Below are positions 32,398 to 44,797 of a DNA stretch of 64,000 nucleotides, piece by piece. Each line of letters begins with the position of its first letter. Positions within the stretch are counted from its first letter, which is position 1. A program made the translations under genes and the position numbers. The notes beneath the pieces were generated by a model, which was not told the origin of the DNA, did not search any database, and worked only from the letters and a program-made list of their open reading frames with translations. Origin of the DNA: an uncultured Caryophanaceae bacterium (GTDB lineage Bacteria; Bacillota; Bacilli; Bacillales_A; Planococcaceae); NCBI GenBank assembly GCA_963792445.1, contig CAWBWO010000007.1, positions 1,247 through 65,246 on the forward strand. The letters run 5' to 3'.

Positions 32398-34737
32398 TTA
32401 TAAAAATTGTTTCTGAACTAGAGACCATTCGATTACTTCAACAGGTTGTGGTTTGCTGAATAAGTATCCTTGTAATTCATCGCAACCGATTTTCTTTAGA
32501 AATGCTTTTTGTGTCTCGTCTTCTACCCCTTCTGCAATGACTTTAAAGTTTAGACTTTTTGCCATAGCGACAATTAGGTTGACAACCGTTTCATCCTTTT
32601 TACTTTTCGAAATGGAAGAGATAAATGATCGATCTATTTTTAAATGATCGATTTGAAATTCTGTTAGATATTGTAGAGATGAGTAGCCTGTACCAAAATC
32701 GTCAATGGCAATTTGGAAGCCCATTTGCTTTAGCTTTGTTAATTTGGCAAGGTTTTTTTCAATTGGCCCCATTGCTATACTCTCTGTAATTTCTAATTCA
32801 ATATCATGCGGATTTACGCCAGTTTCTTCAACCATTTTTGTGACGATATCGACAAATTCATCATGCTTGAATTGTAAGGATGATATATTGACTGCAATTC
32901 TAATATGACCGTACCCCTTTTTCTTCCAAGATACGGATTGTTCGAAAGCTTTTTTCATGATTTGTTTACCAATTGGTAAGATTAGACCCGTTTCTTCTGC
33001 GAATGGGATGAAGTCATTTGGATAAACAAGCGAAGCTCCAGGTCTTTCCCAACGGATTAACGCTTCAACTCCAATCATTTCACCGGTCATTAGTGAAACT
33101 TGTGGTTGATAGTGTAGTATAAATTCATCGCGTTCTAACGCTTTTCGTAAATCACTTTCCAACTCCATTTTTGGAATCATCATCATCTTGCTGTTATAAA
33201 TCTTAAAATTATTCCGGCCATGCTCCTTCACTTCATACATTGCTGTATCTGCTTTCATTAACAAAGCATCTAAATTACACCCGTGATCAGGGAATATCGA
33301 AACACCAATACTTGGAGAAATATGAAGTTCGATATTTTTCAAAGTAAACGTTTCTCGTAATGTTGCGAGAATATTTGTTGCAATTGTTTTAATCTCCGCT
33401 CGGTTTGCATTTTCGATTAACAATGCAAATTCGTCACCGCCAAGCCGACTAACGACTTCATCTGGCACACATTTTACCAGTCGATTTCCTACTTCTTTTA
33501 ACAAAATATCTCCGTATGAATGACCAAGACTATCATTAATATGTTTGAAACGATCCAAATCAAGAAGCATGAAGGCCATTTGCTTATCATCTTCGGAATC
33601 ATAATCATTTATTGCTTGGGAAATCCTTTTTTCCATATATCTACGATTTGGCAAACCCGTTACAACATCATGATAGGCAAGGTACTCCATCGAATTGACT
33701 GTCTCAATTAATCGATCCGTTCTTTCTTTCACTTTTAGTTCTAGACCCTCATTGAGCGTATTTAAATCATCCACTAACCGATCGTTTTCCAACAACGTAA
33801 TGATTTGTCGTAAAATAATCAGTAAAATACAAACAACCAAACCTAAAATAATGGTATGTACTTTATATAAAGTATGGATGAAATAAATAGAAAGTAAAAA
33901 AACACCCAAATATGGAATCAAATATTTGACAAATGGATTTTCTTTGTTTTTGACATCTGTGATAGCATGGATTTGGCATGCAGAATGATGATAAATCCCT
34001 GATAAGCCAAGAAAAAGAATCGATAAAATCCATAAAGGTTCATTGATACTACCAATTGAATAGGTGCCTGTTATTTTCAAGTAAGAAAAAATGGTATCTG
34101 CAATAATCTGAGTCGTTAAGCCTATTATTAAAAATAAAGTTGTTTTTTTCGATAAAATGGTATTGGATGCAATGAGTAAACTTAAAATCCCAACTAACAC
34201 ACCTAAATCTAAAACTGGATATAGTAAATCAATTATTGAAAAATGGATTGTTGCTTTGTATTTTAATAATGGCGATAGTAAAAAAATCCAACTAAACGTT
34301 GCAGCTGCTGACATCGCAATCAACATATCAAGGAAATAACGGAACGTAAACAAATTGCTCTTAATCGCATTTATTAATAGAAGTAACGCGATAAAATAGA
34401 ATCCATTTTGTGCAATCCAAAACTTATCAGATAAAAAATAGATATCTCCATTACGATGTAAGATAAATTCATTATAGGCCCAATATAATGTACCGATTAG
34501 ATAACAAAGAACTCCTATTCCAAGAAAAAGCCAAAAACTTTTTGCTTTTCCTTCGTGTTTTGAAAAAGTAGAAAAGAGCCATCCAATCGACGCACAACAA
34601 GCGATTATTTGAAAAGATACCCCTCCCCATTTGATCAAAACTTGATTATTTTTAAATAAGAGATTCCAAAGGATGTTTGCCAAGATAAAAAGAATGATAA
34701 AAGCATATGCAAACCTCTTCGTTCTAATACTGTACAT
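32398..34737 (-). CDS. Membrane-sensor GGDEF-EAL protein (DUF4084/CdgF-like architecture)
   Basis: About 9-10 TM segments with YPVLDLG motif; [21 protein letters not shown]. Confidence 0.9.
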   Translation of the reverse strand: MYSIRTKRFAYAFIILFILANILWNLLFKNNQVLIKWGGVSFQIIACCASIGWLFSTFSKHEGKAKSFWLFLGIGVLCYLIGTLYWAYNEFILHRNGDIYFLSDKFWIAQNGFYFIALLLLINAIKSNLFTFRYFLDMLIAMSAAATFSWIFLLSPLLKYKATIHFSIIDLLYPVLDLGVLVGILSLLIASNTILSKKTTLFLIIGLTTQIIADTIFSYLKITGTYSIGSINEPLWILSILFLGLSGIYHHSACQIHAITDVKNKENPFVKYLIPYLGVFLLSIYFIHTLYKVHTIILGLVVCILLIILRQIITLLENDRLVDDLNTLNEGLELKVKERTDRLIETVNSMEYLAYHDVVTGLPNRRYMEKRISQAINDYDSEDDKQMAFMLLDLDRFKHINDSLGHSYGDILLKEVGNRLVKCVPDEVVSRLGGDEFALLIENANRAEIKTIATNILATLRETFTLKNIELHISPSIGVSIFPDHGCNLDALLMKADTAMYEVKEHGRNNFKIYNSKMMMIPKMELESDLRKALERDEFILHYQPQVSLMTGEMIGVEALIRWERPGASLVYPNDFIPFAEETGLILPIGKQIMKKAFEQSVSWKKKGYGHIRIAVNISSLQFKHDEFVDIVTKMVEETGVNPHDIELEITESIAMGPIEKNLAKLTKLKQMGFQIAIDDFGTGYSSLQYLTEFQIDHLKIDRSFISSISKSKKDETVVNLIVAMAKSLNFKVIAEGVEDETQKAFLKKIGCDELQGYLFSKPQPVEVIEWSLVQKQFL

Positions 34738-34763
34738 CTATTTACTCCATTCTTGAATTATCG

Positions 34764-35312
34764 TTACTTATAATTTGCTTCACGAACTTCAATAAAATCA
34801 AATTTTTGCTTGTTTTGATATACTTTTTCAGCATATATAATAGCAGGAACGACATAATCCCCTTTGTAATATTTCTTTTCACTAACTGCTTCAACTGGAA
34901 TTTTGTACACATTTTTTAATGTTTTGAAGAAAACTCTCTCCAGAAGAACCACACAATATTTTATATGATTTATTTCCGTATATTGAACGAACAAACGTAT
35001 AAGCTGTTCTAAGTTTTTCCCTCTATATTGTTTTAAAATCGCTACTTTATCAATCTCAATCACTGAAATCGGGTCGTTGTGGATAATGTCAATCTCTTGA
35101 AATGGATAGACGGTGTTGATGTTATTTTGAGGATCTATTGTATATTTCTTAAATTCAATGGTGCCAACTTTATGATTTTCAGTATCTGTGATGATATATC
35201 GATCAGAAGGTACATTTCCGTATTCCAACCCATAACCTTTTTCAAGCCAGCACTCCACCCAAATTTGATTAAAATCGTTTAAAAGCGCCAAAGAGTCCAC
35301 TTTTAAGTACAT
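34764..35312 (-). CDS. GNAT-fold acyltransferase-like protein
   Basis: VGTIEF...EIDKVAILKQYRGK acyl-donor binding motif; ends 26 bp before the GGDEF-EAL start. Confidence 0.65.
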   Translation of the reverse strand: MYLKVDSLALLNDFNQIWVECWLEKGYGLEYGNVPSDRYIITDTENHKVGTIEFKKYTIDPQNNINTVYPFQEIDIIHNDPISVIEIDKVAILKQYRGKNLEQLIRLFVQYTEINHIKYCVVLLERVFFKTLKNVYKIPVEAVSEKKYYKGDYVVPAIIYAEKVYQNKQKFDFIEVREANYK

Positions 35313-35929
35313 AAATATCCTCCTATAGAATGGTAAAATTTTCTACTGTTCTATGTATAATTATACTAATTATAGAGAGGTAGTTTAACGTTACTTTCTA
35401 ATCGTTTTATTTATCTCAAAATAATGAAATGTTCGTAACTCGATTTTAATCGTTTATTCACAAATATTATTTCATAGGAAAATAGACACTTATGAAAAAT
35501 CTGTTTTAAAAAATCCCGTTTTTCAATATAACAAATTACATAATATGTACTTTCTTAACTAGGACTACTATATTTTTAGCAATTTAAATCTGTATATTCG
35601 TTTTTTAAAGTCTTTAACTTCAGTTTTTTGAAATTTACAGTGATGACAAATATTGAAATATATGAATATATTTATTAAAAAATTAGTGTAATATATTAAT
35701 AATAACATCTAAAATATTCTAATTATATCACTTCACTACTACATTCAGATAATATATGTTATTAGCCAAAAAATACATAATACAAAAGTCATAATTTCTA
35801 GTAAAATATATATACCTAACATGTACTAATTCTATTACGCTTGATATACGAAAAAATTATGAGATAATTAAGAAAAGAATAAATAAATAAATTATTAAGG
35901 TATAATTTTTCTCATTTGGAGGGATTATT

Positions 35930-37186
35930 TTGTCTACTATTAAATCAGCCATGATCGTCGGTGGCGGTATTGGAGGGCTTGTTACGGCCCTGACACTTCA
36001 CCGCGTTGGCGCGTCAGTGCGTGTGTTTGAAAGTGTTGAAACAATTAAAGCGCTAGGTGTTGGGATTAATCTTTTACCTCATGCGGTCAAAGTTTTGACA
36101 GAATTAGGATTAGGTGAAGAGCTTGAAAAAACGGGCTTACCTACAGCAGAGCTAATGTATGTCAATAAATTTGGTCAAAAGATTTGGCAAGAAGATCGTG
36201 GGATCAACGCTGGCTATCAATGGCCTCAATACTCCATTCATCGTGGAAAACTACAAATGCTGTTATTAAATGCAGTGAAGAAGGAATTAGGCGAAGACGC
36301 TGTTTATACCAGCCACCATCTTCAATCATTTGAAACGCTAGACAATTCAGTAGTTGCTCACTTTATCAACCGTAAAACTGGAGAACAAGTGGGATCCTAT
36401 CAAGCAGATATCATGATTGCAGCAGATGGCATACATTCAGCTGTTCGTAAATTCTATTATCCAAACGAAGGACTACCAAAATATAGCGGACGTATTTTAT
36501 GGCGCGGGATCACAGAATCAACTCCATATTTAACGGGACGTTCCATGATTATGGCAGGCTATCAAAACCAAAAATTTGTATCGTATCCTATTAGTCCAGA
36601 GGCAGCAGCACAAGGTCGCTCACTGATCAACTGGATTGCAGAACTTGCTATTGATGACATGCCAGACCGTGCTGACTGGAATAAGAAAATTGATAAAGAA
36701 AAATTCGCACCAGCTTTTGCTACATGGGATTTCGGTTGGTTAGATATTCCAAAACTAATTGAAGAGGCGGAAGCTGTTTACGAATTTCCGATGGTTGACC
36801 GTGATCCACTACCACAATGGACATTTGGACGCGTCACATTATTAGGTGATGCAGCACACCCTATGTATCCAATCGGCTCAAATGGTGCATCTCAAGCAAT
36901 TCTCGATGCGAATGCACTTGGACTTGCAATCGTAGAAAATGAGGATGCAGAAGTTGCTTTAAAAGCTTATGAACAAGCTAGACTTGAAAAAACAGCTCAT
37001 ATCGTGATGACAAACCGAAAAAATGGCCCAGAAGTCGTGATGCAAATGGCTGAAGATCGTGCACCTCAAGGGTTTGACAATATAGAAGATGTGATTCCTC
37101 GTTCTGAACTCGAAGAAATCGCGAAAAAATACAAACAAATTGCTGGTTTCTCAAAAGAGGTTTTGAACAAGAAACAGGAGGCTTAA
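35930..37186 (+). CDS. FAD-dependent monooxygenase, PhzS-like
   Basis: GGGIGGL, LGVGINL, PQYSIHRG.LQM, ADGIHS, PMVDRDPLP, LGDAAHPMYP.G.NGASQAILD. Confidence 0.88.
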   Translation: MSTIKSAMIVGGGIGGLVTALTLHRVGASVRVFESVETIKALGVGINLLPHAVKVLTELGLGEELEKTGLPTAELMYVNKFGQKIWQEDRGINAGYQWPQYSIHRGKLQMLLLNAVKKELGEDAVYTSHHLQSFETLDNSVVAHFINRKTGEQVGSYQADIMIAADGIHSAVRKFYYPNEGLPKYSGRILWRGITESTPYLTGRSMIMAGYQNQKFVSYPISPEAAAQGRSLINWIAELAIDDMPDRADWNKKIDKEKFAPAFATWDFGWLDIPKLIEEAEAVYEFPMVDRDPLPQWTFGRVTLLGDAAHPMYPIGSNGASQAILDANALGLAIVENEDAEVALKAYEQARLEKTAHIVMTNRKNGPEVVMQMAEDRAPQGFDNIEDVIPRSELEEIAKKYKQIAGFSKEVLNKKQEA

Positions 37187-37187
37187 A

Positions 37188-37483
37188 ATGATCGAACATA
37201 TTGTGTTGACGAAATTCTCGTCCCACCACAACAGTTGAACAGAAGCAAGAATTAATCCGCAAGACATTATTGTTGAAAGATAAAATCCCAGGTATTGTTG
37301 ATATTAAGCAAGGATTTAACTTTTCTAGCAGAAGCAAAGGATTTGATGTCGGGTTAACTGTTCGTTTCCAAGATCAAGCTTCACTTGGATCACTATCTCC
37401 CCCACCCTGCACACCAAGAAATAAAAGACTATTTGGGTGAAATTGGTATAGAAGATAGTATTATTGTTGATTTTGAAATTTAA
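37188..37483 (+). CDS. Dabb family (stress-responsive A/B barrel) protein (two +1 frameshifts)
   Basis: MIEHIVLTKF...IPGIVDIKQGFNFS.RSKGFD...HYLPHPAH...DFEI after frame correction. Confidence 0.8.
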
Positions 37484-37751
37484 AAATATTCGATTTGATC
37501 TTGGGCATCGTTTCTTGAAAACGATGCCTTTTTATTTTATAATTCAGAAACAATCTACTTGAAAAACAGGAACGTTCGTTGTTAATATAGATAAGTAATT
37601 TTAAGCACAACATAAACACTCAGTTCTCCACATATTTTTTCTATCATATATAAATAGTGAGATTTCTATTTTTTAAATAGTAAAAATTATCAAGTTCATA
37701 AAATTTTTAGCTTATAGTATGCGATATAATTGAATAAAAAGGGGGCGCAAT

Positions 37752-39142
37752 ATGTTAAAACAATCAGTCATTGAGCATGTGTTGGAACAGGCACTTTCAA
37801 CTGGTGGGGATTTTGCTGAAATTTTCGTTGAAGACAAGTATGTCAATTCATTATCACTTTTGAGCAATAAAATAGAAAAAAGTATATCTGGTCGTGATTT
37901 TGGCATAGGTATTCGGATTTTTTCTGGGCTTCAAAGTATTTACACGTATACAAATGATTTTTCTGAAGAAGGATTACTTGCGGCTGCTAAAAAGGCGGCA
38001 CTTGCAATTATTGGTGGAGGTTCAGGAACCATACATCCACTTCACAAAGAAACATTCTCTCCCCTTCATCCGATTGTACATATGCCGAAATCGGTAGAGC
38101 ATGCAAGAAGAGTTGAAGTGATGAGACAGGCAAATGAGATTGCTCGTAATTATGATCCTCGGATTAGTCAAGTTGGCGTTCGCTGTTTGGATGAGGAGCA
38201 ACACGTATTGATTGCCAATTCAGAAGGTAGATTTGTGGAAGATACGCGTGTTCATAGTAGACTAGCTATTCAAACAACTGCTACAGAAGGTACGGAATTA
38301 CAAACAGGGTTTTATGGTCCTGGTGCACATGCAGGATTTGAATTTATCGAAAATTTGGATCTCGGGCATTATGCAGGCGAGGCGTCTCGCATTGCGATCA
38401 CTATGCTTCATGCTGATGAATGTCCGAGTGGTAAATTCCCCGTCATTATCGACAATGAATTTGGTGGCGTTATTTTCCACGAAGCTTGTGGCCACGGACT
38501 AGAAGCTACAGCTGTTGCAAAAAACAATTCCGTTTTTGCAAATCGTATTGGTGAAAGAGTGGCTCCTGATATTGTTACGTATATTGATGACGGTACCCTA
38601 CAAAACGAATGGGGATCACTTAATATTGATGATGAAGGCGAAAAAACACGCAAAAATATTTTAATCGAAAATGGTATTTTAAAAGGCTATATGATTGATC
38701 AAATTTAATGCTCGTCGTATGAATGCAAAACCAACTGGCTCATCACGTCGCCAGTCCTATCGTTTTTCCCCAACTTCACGAATGACCAATACCTATATTG
38801 CAAATGGAAAATCTACGCCTGAAGAAATTATTGCAGATACGGAGTACGGCTATATACGCAAAATATATGGGTGGAGGTTCTGTTAACACAACAACTGGTG
38901 ATTATAACTTCGCCATATCAGAAGCCTATATTGTGAAAAACGGCAAAATTGAACGTCCTGTTCGAGGTGCAACACTCATTGGCAATGGACCTAAAACATT
39001 GCAACTTGTTGATCGAGTTGGCAATAACCTAGCTCATGGCGCTGGAATGTGTGGGGCACAAAGTGGCAGCCTCCCTGTCAATGTTGGCCAGCCTATGATT
39101 CGCGTAAGTGAAATTACAGTTGGTGGAACGAAGGGGGAATAA
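37752..39142 (+). CDS. tldD: TldD family metalloprotease (two +1 frameshifts)
   Basis: FHEACGHGLE, DDEG, RMTNT, GMCG...GQP. Confidence 0.88.
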
Positions 39143-39144
39143 CA

Positions 39145-40488
39145 ATGGATATCACACAATTCCAAAATCAATTACTACAAGCTGCTATGAATGCTGGTTT
39201 TTCGGAAGCTGAAATTTACTATCAACGCGCTGAGTCATTTGGCTTCACTCTTTTTGAAGGTGAAATCGATAGCTACGAAACTTCTGTAGATGGTGGTCTT
39301 GGACTTCGTGGACTCTATAACGGGAAGATGGGCTATTCCTATACAGAAAAAATCGATGAAGATTCCATTCCATTTTTAATCGAAAGTGCAAAATCGAATG
39401 CGGATGTTCTTGATGAAGATGATGGAACAGATATCTTTGAAGGTAGTAAAGAATATGCCAATCATGTTTTTTATAACGAAGAATTGGCAAAAGTCGCAAT
39501 TCCAGATAAAATTGCCCTACTTCGCTCAATTGAAAAGAAAGTTCTTGCTTATGATTCTCGCATTGTAGCACTTGACCATTGTTCCCTATCTGATTTTTCA
39601 TCTGAACGCTCGCTTACCAATAGTAAAGGTCTTTCGTTATCGGAGAAAAAGAACGGACTATATATATTCGTCTCTGCAGTAGTGAAAAATGGCAATGAAA
39701 AGAAAAATGGAAGTTATGTAAAAATGACGCGTGATTTTTCAACACTAGATGCGGATGAAATTGCAAGTGCTGTCAGCTAAAGAGGCTCTATCCTATCTTG
39801 GGGAACAATCCATTCCTGCGGGAATTATCCAATCTTGCTGAGATATGATGCATCAACTTCATTACTTCGAACATTTTCAGGAATCTTCTCTGCTGAGAAT
39901 ACACAAAAGAACCAGTCACTGTTAAAAGGAAAAGTCGGAGAAAAAATAGCATCTGATTGTTTCTCACTAGTAGATGATCCGTTCCATCCAACAGCTCTAT
40001 CAGGATCCAATTTTGATGGAGAAGGCGTTGCAACGAAAAAACAAGCCATTATTGAAAATGGCCAGCTTCAAACATTGCTCCACAACCGAAAAACAGCCAA
40101 AAAAGAAGGATGCGAAACTACTGGCCATGCCTACAAAGGTTCTTATAAAGGCACATTATCTGTTGCGCCTCAAAATCTGTACATTGCTCCAGGCAAAAGA
40201 ACACAAGAAGAAGTCATTTCACGATGGCAGATGGCATCCTTGTAACGAAACTTGCCGGATTGCATTCAGGTACGAATACCATTTCTGGTGATTTCTCCGT
40301 AGCCGCATCCGGATTCCATATTAAGGATGGTAAAGTAGTTGGCCCAATCAAACAAATTACCATCGCAGGTAACTTCTATGAACTACTTAAAAATATAGAA
40401 GAAACTTGCTCAAATCTGCAATTCCGTTCAGGTGGGTTATGGCTCACCTTCTCTATTAGTCAAAGAATTATATGTGACTGTGGAATAG
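39145..40488 (+). CDS. pmbA: PmbA/TldE family protein (several frameshifts)
   Basis: FDGEG, TGHA, GLHSG.N.ISGDFS, GSPS across ORF pieces; directly after tldD. Confidence 0.83.
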
Positions 40489-40551
40489 TTTTTTTCACAT
40501 TAAAAATTTCTTGCCTACCACTTAGTATAAGTGGCAGGCAAGATATATTAA

Positions 40552-41136
40552 CTACTTACATTGTTTAAAATATTGATACACTTTATCTAATTTTTTTATT
40601 TGCTTTCCATTTGCACTTTCCATATTTCCAAACTCAAAAAACTTCACTTTTTTTATCCCTACATACTGAAATACAGCTTTTTTCATTAGCATCTTGTGTG
40701 CATTATTTAACCAAATGAGCGGATAATTTGTAGGTCCCCTCATGGTTGATACACACACAACCGATTTATTCTTCAAAAGCCCCTCTGGCAACAACCGCTT
40801 CTGATCCTTATAGGCAAAATTTGATGCAAAAATTTGATCAATATACCCTAGTAACATCGCGGGTGGCCTTCCCCACCATATTGGATAGATGAAAACAAGT
40901 TGATCTGCCCATGTAATTTGTTTTCGATATTTCTCTAAATTTGGAACACGAAACATATCCCGTCTTCGTTTTTCTTCATTAAACACTAATACCGGGTCAA
41001 ATCCATCTTCATACAAATCTAATACTTGGTACTCTTTAATGTAAGGATTTTCATGACACCCTTCAATGACTTTTTCCAAAAATGCATAATTCAAACTGTT
41101 ATGATTCGGATATGTGAAAATGATGAGCTCGTTCAT
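40552..41136 (-). CDS. NAD(P)H-dependent quinone oxidoreductase (flavodoxin-like)
   Basis: YPIWWGRPPAMLLGYID. Confidence 0.85.
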   Translation of the reverse strand: MNELIIFTYPNHNSLNYAFLEKVIEGCHENPYIKEYQVLDLYEDGFDPVLVFNEEKRRRDMFRVPNLEKYRKQITWADQLVFIYPIWWGRPPAMLLGYIDQIFASNFAYKDQKRLLPEGLLKNKSVVCVSTMRGPTNYPLIWLNNAHKMLMKKAVFQYVGIKKVKFFEFGNMESANGKQIKKLDKVYQYFKQCK

Positions 41137-41256
41137 AACATCCTCCATTTACTTATCATTTGATAAGTAAATCATACTTCTCTTTCCTCTTTTATTGTCA
41201 ATTGATAATTGTATTTTGATAACCTTTTTGTTATCGTATCAAAAGAGGTGTAAAAT

Positions 41257-41694
41257 ATGAATAAGCATGAGCTATTTACAAAATTTGTATCATTTACAAC
41301 ATCTGTTCATCAATTAACACATGAATTAACGCAAAATGTTAAATCAGACTCCATTACTACTACTCAATATAAAATTCTTGAATATATCACCGTAAGCGGG
41401 CCTACCACGCCAAGTGACATAAGTGAATGTCTATATATTTCAATGCCTAATCTAAGCCGTGAGTTAAAGAAATTGAGTGACAATCATTTCATTATCAAAT
41501 CAATTGATCCAACAGATCGAAGAAAACAATCAATCAGTCTATCAAGTGATGGCGAACTTTTAATGAATAACGCCTTTGCATCTATAGAAGAACAATTTTT
41601 ACCTAAAATACAACATCTAACAGAACAAGAATTGCATGAGGTAGAACAGGCTACTAGAGTTACTCCAACAGAAAGTAATGAAGAGGTCGGCTAA
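41257..41694 (+). CDS. MarR family regulator (possible +1 frameshift near C-terminus)
   Basis: QYKILEY...PNLSRELKKL...DRRK; divergent from the oxidoreductase. Confidence 0.85.
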   Translation: MNKHELFTKFVSFTTSVHQLTHELTQNVKSDSITTTQYKILEYITVSGPTTPSDISECLYISMPNLSRELKKLSDNHFIIKSIDPTDRRKQSISLSSDGELLMNNAFASIEEQFLPKIQHLTEQELHEVEQATRVTPTESNEEVG

Positions 41695-41730
41695 TAATTA
41701 ATTGACTAGCCGACCTATTATATTAAAACT

Positions 41731-43216
41731 TTATTTTGCTTCTTTTAATGTATGGAGATAACTTTTGTTGTTCCCCTTTGTTCTGAATCTATATTCAAGT
41801 TCTTCAAGCGTTTCCCCTTGCGTTTCTGGAACAAATTTCTTAACAAATTTAATTGCAGCAAGTCCAAAAATCGTAAAGATTAAGAATGTGACAGATAACC
41901 CTAAATTACTTAGTAATGTCGGGAATGTTAAGCTGATGATGAAATTGGTTATCCATAAACAGAAGACACTTACACCCATGCCGATTCCGCGTAATTTTAA
42001 TGGGAAGATTTCAGATAGCATTAACCAAGTAACAGGTCCGATTGCACCTTGTTGGAATGCTAAGAATGTTACAGTTAATGTTAATACAATGTATGGGAAT
42101 GCAGTATACCCTTCAAGAAATGCTGATGAAATCCCAATCAGTAATAATGAAGATGTCGTTCCGATTAGACCTGTGATGAGCATTGGTTTATGAGGTACTT
42201 TACCTAACAACCAAATTCCAACACATGTTGCGATAACAGAAATCATACCATTTGCGATGTTTGCAACAAGAGCTGCTTTCGTACCGAGTCCGGATTCTTT
42301 TAGGATTTCTGTACCATAATACATAATGGAGTTAACACCAGTAATTTGTTGCACGACAGCAAGTCCGATACCAAGATATACAATTTTACGAATCCATGGT
42401 ATGGATAAATCTTTAAATGATGCTTGTTTAATACTAGATTCTTGTTTGATTGATTGCTTTATTTCATTTAATTCGGATGCAGCTCTTTTTTCTTCGCGAA
42501 TTTGTCGTAAAACGCGTAAGGCCGTACCCATTTTTCCTTTTGAAGCTAACCATCTTGGACTTTCTGGTACTGCTAACATACCGAACCAGAGTAAAATAGC
42601 TGGGATGGTTGCAATGACCATCATATATCTCCAAACGTTTGCATTTTCACCGATATTCCCGATGACTGCATTAAAGACATAAGCTAAAAGTTGACCACTG
42701 ACAATCATTAATTCGTTTTGTGTAACCATTCGACTTCTGCGTTCAGATGGTGCCATTTCTGCTAAGAATGTAGGCACCATTGAAGAGGCACCACCAACAG
42801 CAAGTCCTAGTAAAAATCTAAAAAATATCATCATATTAGCGTTTTTTGAAAAGGTACATCCTAGTGTTGTAAAGAAGAATAGAATGGCTAGGTAAAGAAT
42901 CATTTTGCGTCGTCCATAACGGTCTGAAAGTTTACCGCCGAACATTGCACCAAATGCAGCGCCTAGTAGTAATGAACTTGTAATTAATCCTTCTGTTAAC
43001 GGTGTGAGGTTAAGTTGATCCGGTCTGAGACATAAAAGGTAAGGCGCCATTAATCACACCTGTGTCATACCCAAATAAAAGTCCCCCGAATGTAGAAGAT
43101 ATCGTAATGAAGCGTAAAAAAGATTTTGGGGTACGGTGTTTCTTTTCTTTTGTTAATTCAACTGTTTTTGTGTTTTCCTTGTTCTCGTTTGTTCTACTCG
43201 TTTCATAATCATCCAT
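41731..43216 (-). CDS. iolT: Sugar porter MFS, major myo-inositol transporter (+1 frameshift near 43030)
   Basis: [40 protein letters not shown]; divergent from iolR. Confidence 0.82.
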
Positions 43217-43290
43217 CTTAAGTCACCTCATATTAATTTTGGTATTCCATTAATTTCCACACCCCCCTCTCTTCAATTATCCCAATAGCA

Positions 43291-43334
43291 TTCTTGTTAT
43301 ATATTGATTATATATTGGTTATATTATGGTTATA
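43291..43334. promoter_or_regulatory. Four tandem 11-bp IolR-type operator repeats
   Basis: TTCTTGTTATA TATTGATTATA TATTGGTTATA TTATGGTTATA; complement resembles the WRAYCAADARD IolR repeat. Confidence 0.65.
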
Positions 43335-43473
43335 TATTAATACTAAATTAAATAATAATCAAATTATTACTCATCTAATCACATAGATATATCCCTTTCA
43401 TTCTAAATAAAAGATTGATATAGCAATGTTTCCATCAAATAATATTTATGAATTTTTTATGTTTATATCGAAT

Positions 43474-43506
43474 AGTTGGGTACATTTTGGTTAAGTATTG
43501 GTATAT
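43474..43506. promoter_or_regulatory. Three further 11-bp IolR-type repeats
   Basis: AGTTGGGTACA TTTTGGTTAAG TATTGGTATAT upstream of iolR. Confidence 0.5.
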
Positions 43507-43585
43507 AATGAGTTGAAATATTTTCTTGGATATATAATAGTAAAAAGTATGAAAGCAACTTATAACAATTTAAGGGTGAAAGTAC

Positions 43586-44341
43586 ATGTTGCGAAATAAA
43601 CGAATTAACCTGATCAGAGATTATGTTTATAAAAATAATACGGTTTCTATAGATGATCTTGTAACAGAATTTAACGTCTCCAAAAACACGATTCGAAGAG
43701 ATATTCAGTTATTAGTAGAAAACGGAGAACTCAAAAAAGTGTATGGAGGTGTAGCTGCCAATCACTCTACTTACGGGGCAAATCCCAATGAAGTAGTTAA
43801 AAATAACGAAAAAAAGGAAAATCTAATTGCTAAATCTGCTGCAAATTTTGTGGAAGATGGCGATATTATTTATATTGATTCTGAGGCAACAACAATGGAT
43901 ATGTTTCCATTTTTAAAAACGAAAAAATTGACAGTCGTAACAAACAGTTTGGATTTTATTCTAAGATCTCTTCCTTATGATAATTTAAACGTCATTTCAA
44001 TTGGAGGGATGTTAGATCGAAAATCAAGATCCTTCACTGTTTTAAAAGGAAGTTTGCAAATTGGATATAATATTAACAAAGCATTTATGGCTCCAGCAGG
44101 GATTTCTATTACAAACGGGGCTACCCATTCATCTCCTTTAGAAAATGAATTAAAACAATCGATTGTAGAAAGAAGTTTAGAAGTATATGTATTAGTTGAT
44201 TATTATAAATTTGATAAATATGCATTAATGACCTATTCAAGTTTAGATAAAATTGACTATATTATTACTGACCATAGTCCAGATGAAAAATATATCAATT
44301 TTGCAAAGAATAACGGAATTCAACTTGTTGTTGTAGAGTGA
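43586..44341 (+). CDS. iolR: DeoR family repressor IolR
   Basis: FNVSKNTIRRDI...KVYGGV; KFDKYALMTY. Confidence 0.8.
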   Translation: MLRNKRINLIRDYVYKNNTVSIDDLVTEFNVSKNTIRRDIQLLVENGELKKVYGGVAANHSTYGANPNEVVKNNEKKENLIAKSAANFVEDGDIIYIDSEATTMDMFPFLKTKKLTVVTNSLDFILRSLPYDNLNVISIGGMLDRKSRSFTVLKGSLQIGYNINKAFMAPAGISITNGATHSSPLENELKQSIVERSLEVYVLVDYYKFDKYALMTYSSLDKIDYIITDHSPDEKYINFAKNNGIQLVVVE

Positions 44342-44446
44342 ATAATAGAAAGACAAATTGCTCTCCATTTTTATGACGGTGAGCAATTTTTAATCACATA
44401 TAAAAAAAGACACCGATTTTAAAAAATCGATGTCCAAAATATGAAT

Positions 44447-44797
44447 CTATAAATAATAAATGAAAAATACTATAAATGAAATAATCGCAAAGGAAAGTAT
44501 GGTTGAAGCATCTTTAAAGGAGTCTTTCACTCGCATATGCGTAATAATTCCGCCTATACCAGTGATTCCAAGTACTAATGATCCTGCCAATGCATAATCT
44601 ATTGTCCAATACCCCATAAGCAATAATGCCGCACCCACAATTTCAACAATCCCGGTGACAACTCTAAACCATTGAGGTAGACGCCAATGCTCAAAATTTT
44701 TCACATGCATACTTGAGCCTGCTACTTTGCCAATCCCTGCCAGTGCAAACATGAGAATAAGAATTGCTTGTAAAACATAAGCTAATATTTCCATCAT
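44447..44797 (-). CDS. DoxX family membrane protein
   Basis: AGIGKVAG...LPQWFRVVTG.VE..GA. Confidence 0.8.
   Translation of the reverse strand: MMEILAYVLQAILILMFALAGIGKVAGSSMHVKNFEHWRLPQWFRVVTGIVEIVGAALLLMGYWTIDYALAGSLVLGITGIGGIITHMRVKDSFKDASTILSFAIISFIVFFIYYL

Noticed and set aside
35930-40488. RiPP biosynthetic cluster (TldD/E plus monooxygenase)
   Set aside because: No precursor peptide, YcaO, radical SAM enzyme or exporter, and a terminator-like hairpin at about 37505-37535 separates the units.
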